IMG/VR virus record: IMGVR_UViG_3300005662_000052
Span: 1-56,024 of that record
DNA from: a virus
Lineage: Duplodnaviria; Caudoviricetes
Length of the DNA stretch: 56,024 nucleotides
Strand: one strand, 5' to 3'
Shown here: piece by piece, positions 56,024 through 56,024 of the stretch
How positions within the stretch are numbered: position 1 is the stretch's first letter
Layout of the letters: the number at the start of each line of letters is the position of its first letter
Notes under the pieces: generated by a model
Seen by the model: the letters and a program-made list of their open reading frames with translations, nothing else
What the model was told of the DNA's origin: nothing
The model's database searches: none
Made by a program: the position numbers and the translations under genes

Positions 56024-56024
56024 A

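Noticed and set aside
1-56024. Stop-codon reassignment (as in some Bacteroidota jumbo/crAss-like phages)
   Set aside because: Conserved genes are full length in the standard code; TAG (primase) and TGA (gp6-like, chaperone) act as stops at coupled gene junctions
1-56024. Eukaryotic giant virus (NCLDV) origin, suggested by eukaryote-like RNR, plant-like GT and Cys-rich proteins
   Set aside because: T4-like baseplate genes, DnaG primase, gp32-like SSB, bacterial promoters, terminators and operon coupling indicate a bacteriophage
1-56024. tRNA or other structured RNA genes
   Set aside because: Intergenic gaps are short and AT-rich; no cloverleaf seen, only terminator-like hairpins

Overview
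AT-rich, gene-dense fragment of a large (jumbo-type) tailed dsDNA phage with a contractile T4-like tail. It uses the standard genetic code, and almost all genes lie on the minus strand. The host is probably a Bacteroidota member: there are TTTG-N19/20-TAnnTTTG promoters, SprB-like repeats and no obvious Shine-Dalgarno sites. Contents from left to right: (i) 1-4.7 kb, nuclease/primase block (SbcD/gp47-like, PD-(D/E)XK nuclease, ParB-like, primase); (ii) 4.8-8.4 kb, an inverted two-gene adhesin-like cassette, then RuvC; (iii) 9-32 kb, fibre and baseplate genes, many rich in Cys, Pro-Thr or SprB repeats, with a glycosyltransferase embedded among them; (iv) 32-40.5 kb, nrdA/nrdB, helicase, 5'-3' exonuclease, RecA/UvsX and gp32-like SSB; (v) 40.6-56 kb, baseplate hub, LysM/gp53-like protein, a large protein with an OmpA-like domain, a tape-measure-like protein and a tail chaperone with a candidate programmed frameshift. 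The best candidate for a new system is phage-encoded virion O-glycosylation. A glycosyltransferase resembling plant HPAT/SRGT1 protein O-glycosyltransferases sits beside mucin/extensin-like (Pro-Thr)n virion proteins, and a [ST]-[GA]-x-T motif recurs across the structural proteins. All calls come from reading motifs by eye; no searches were run.
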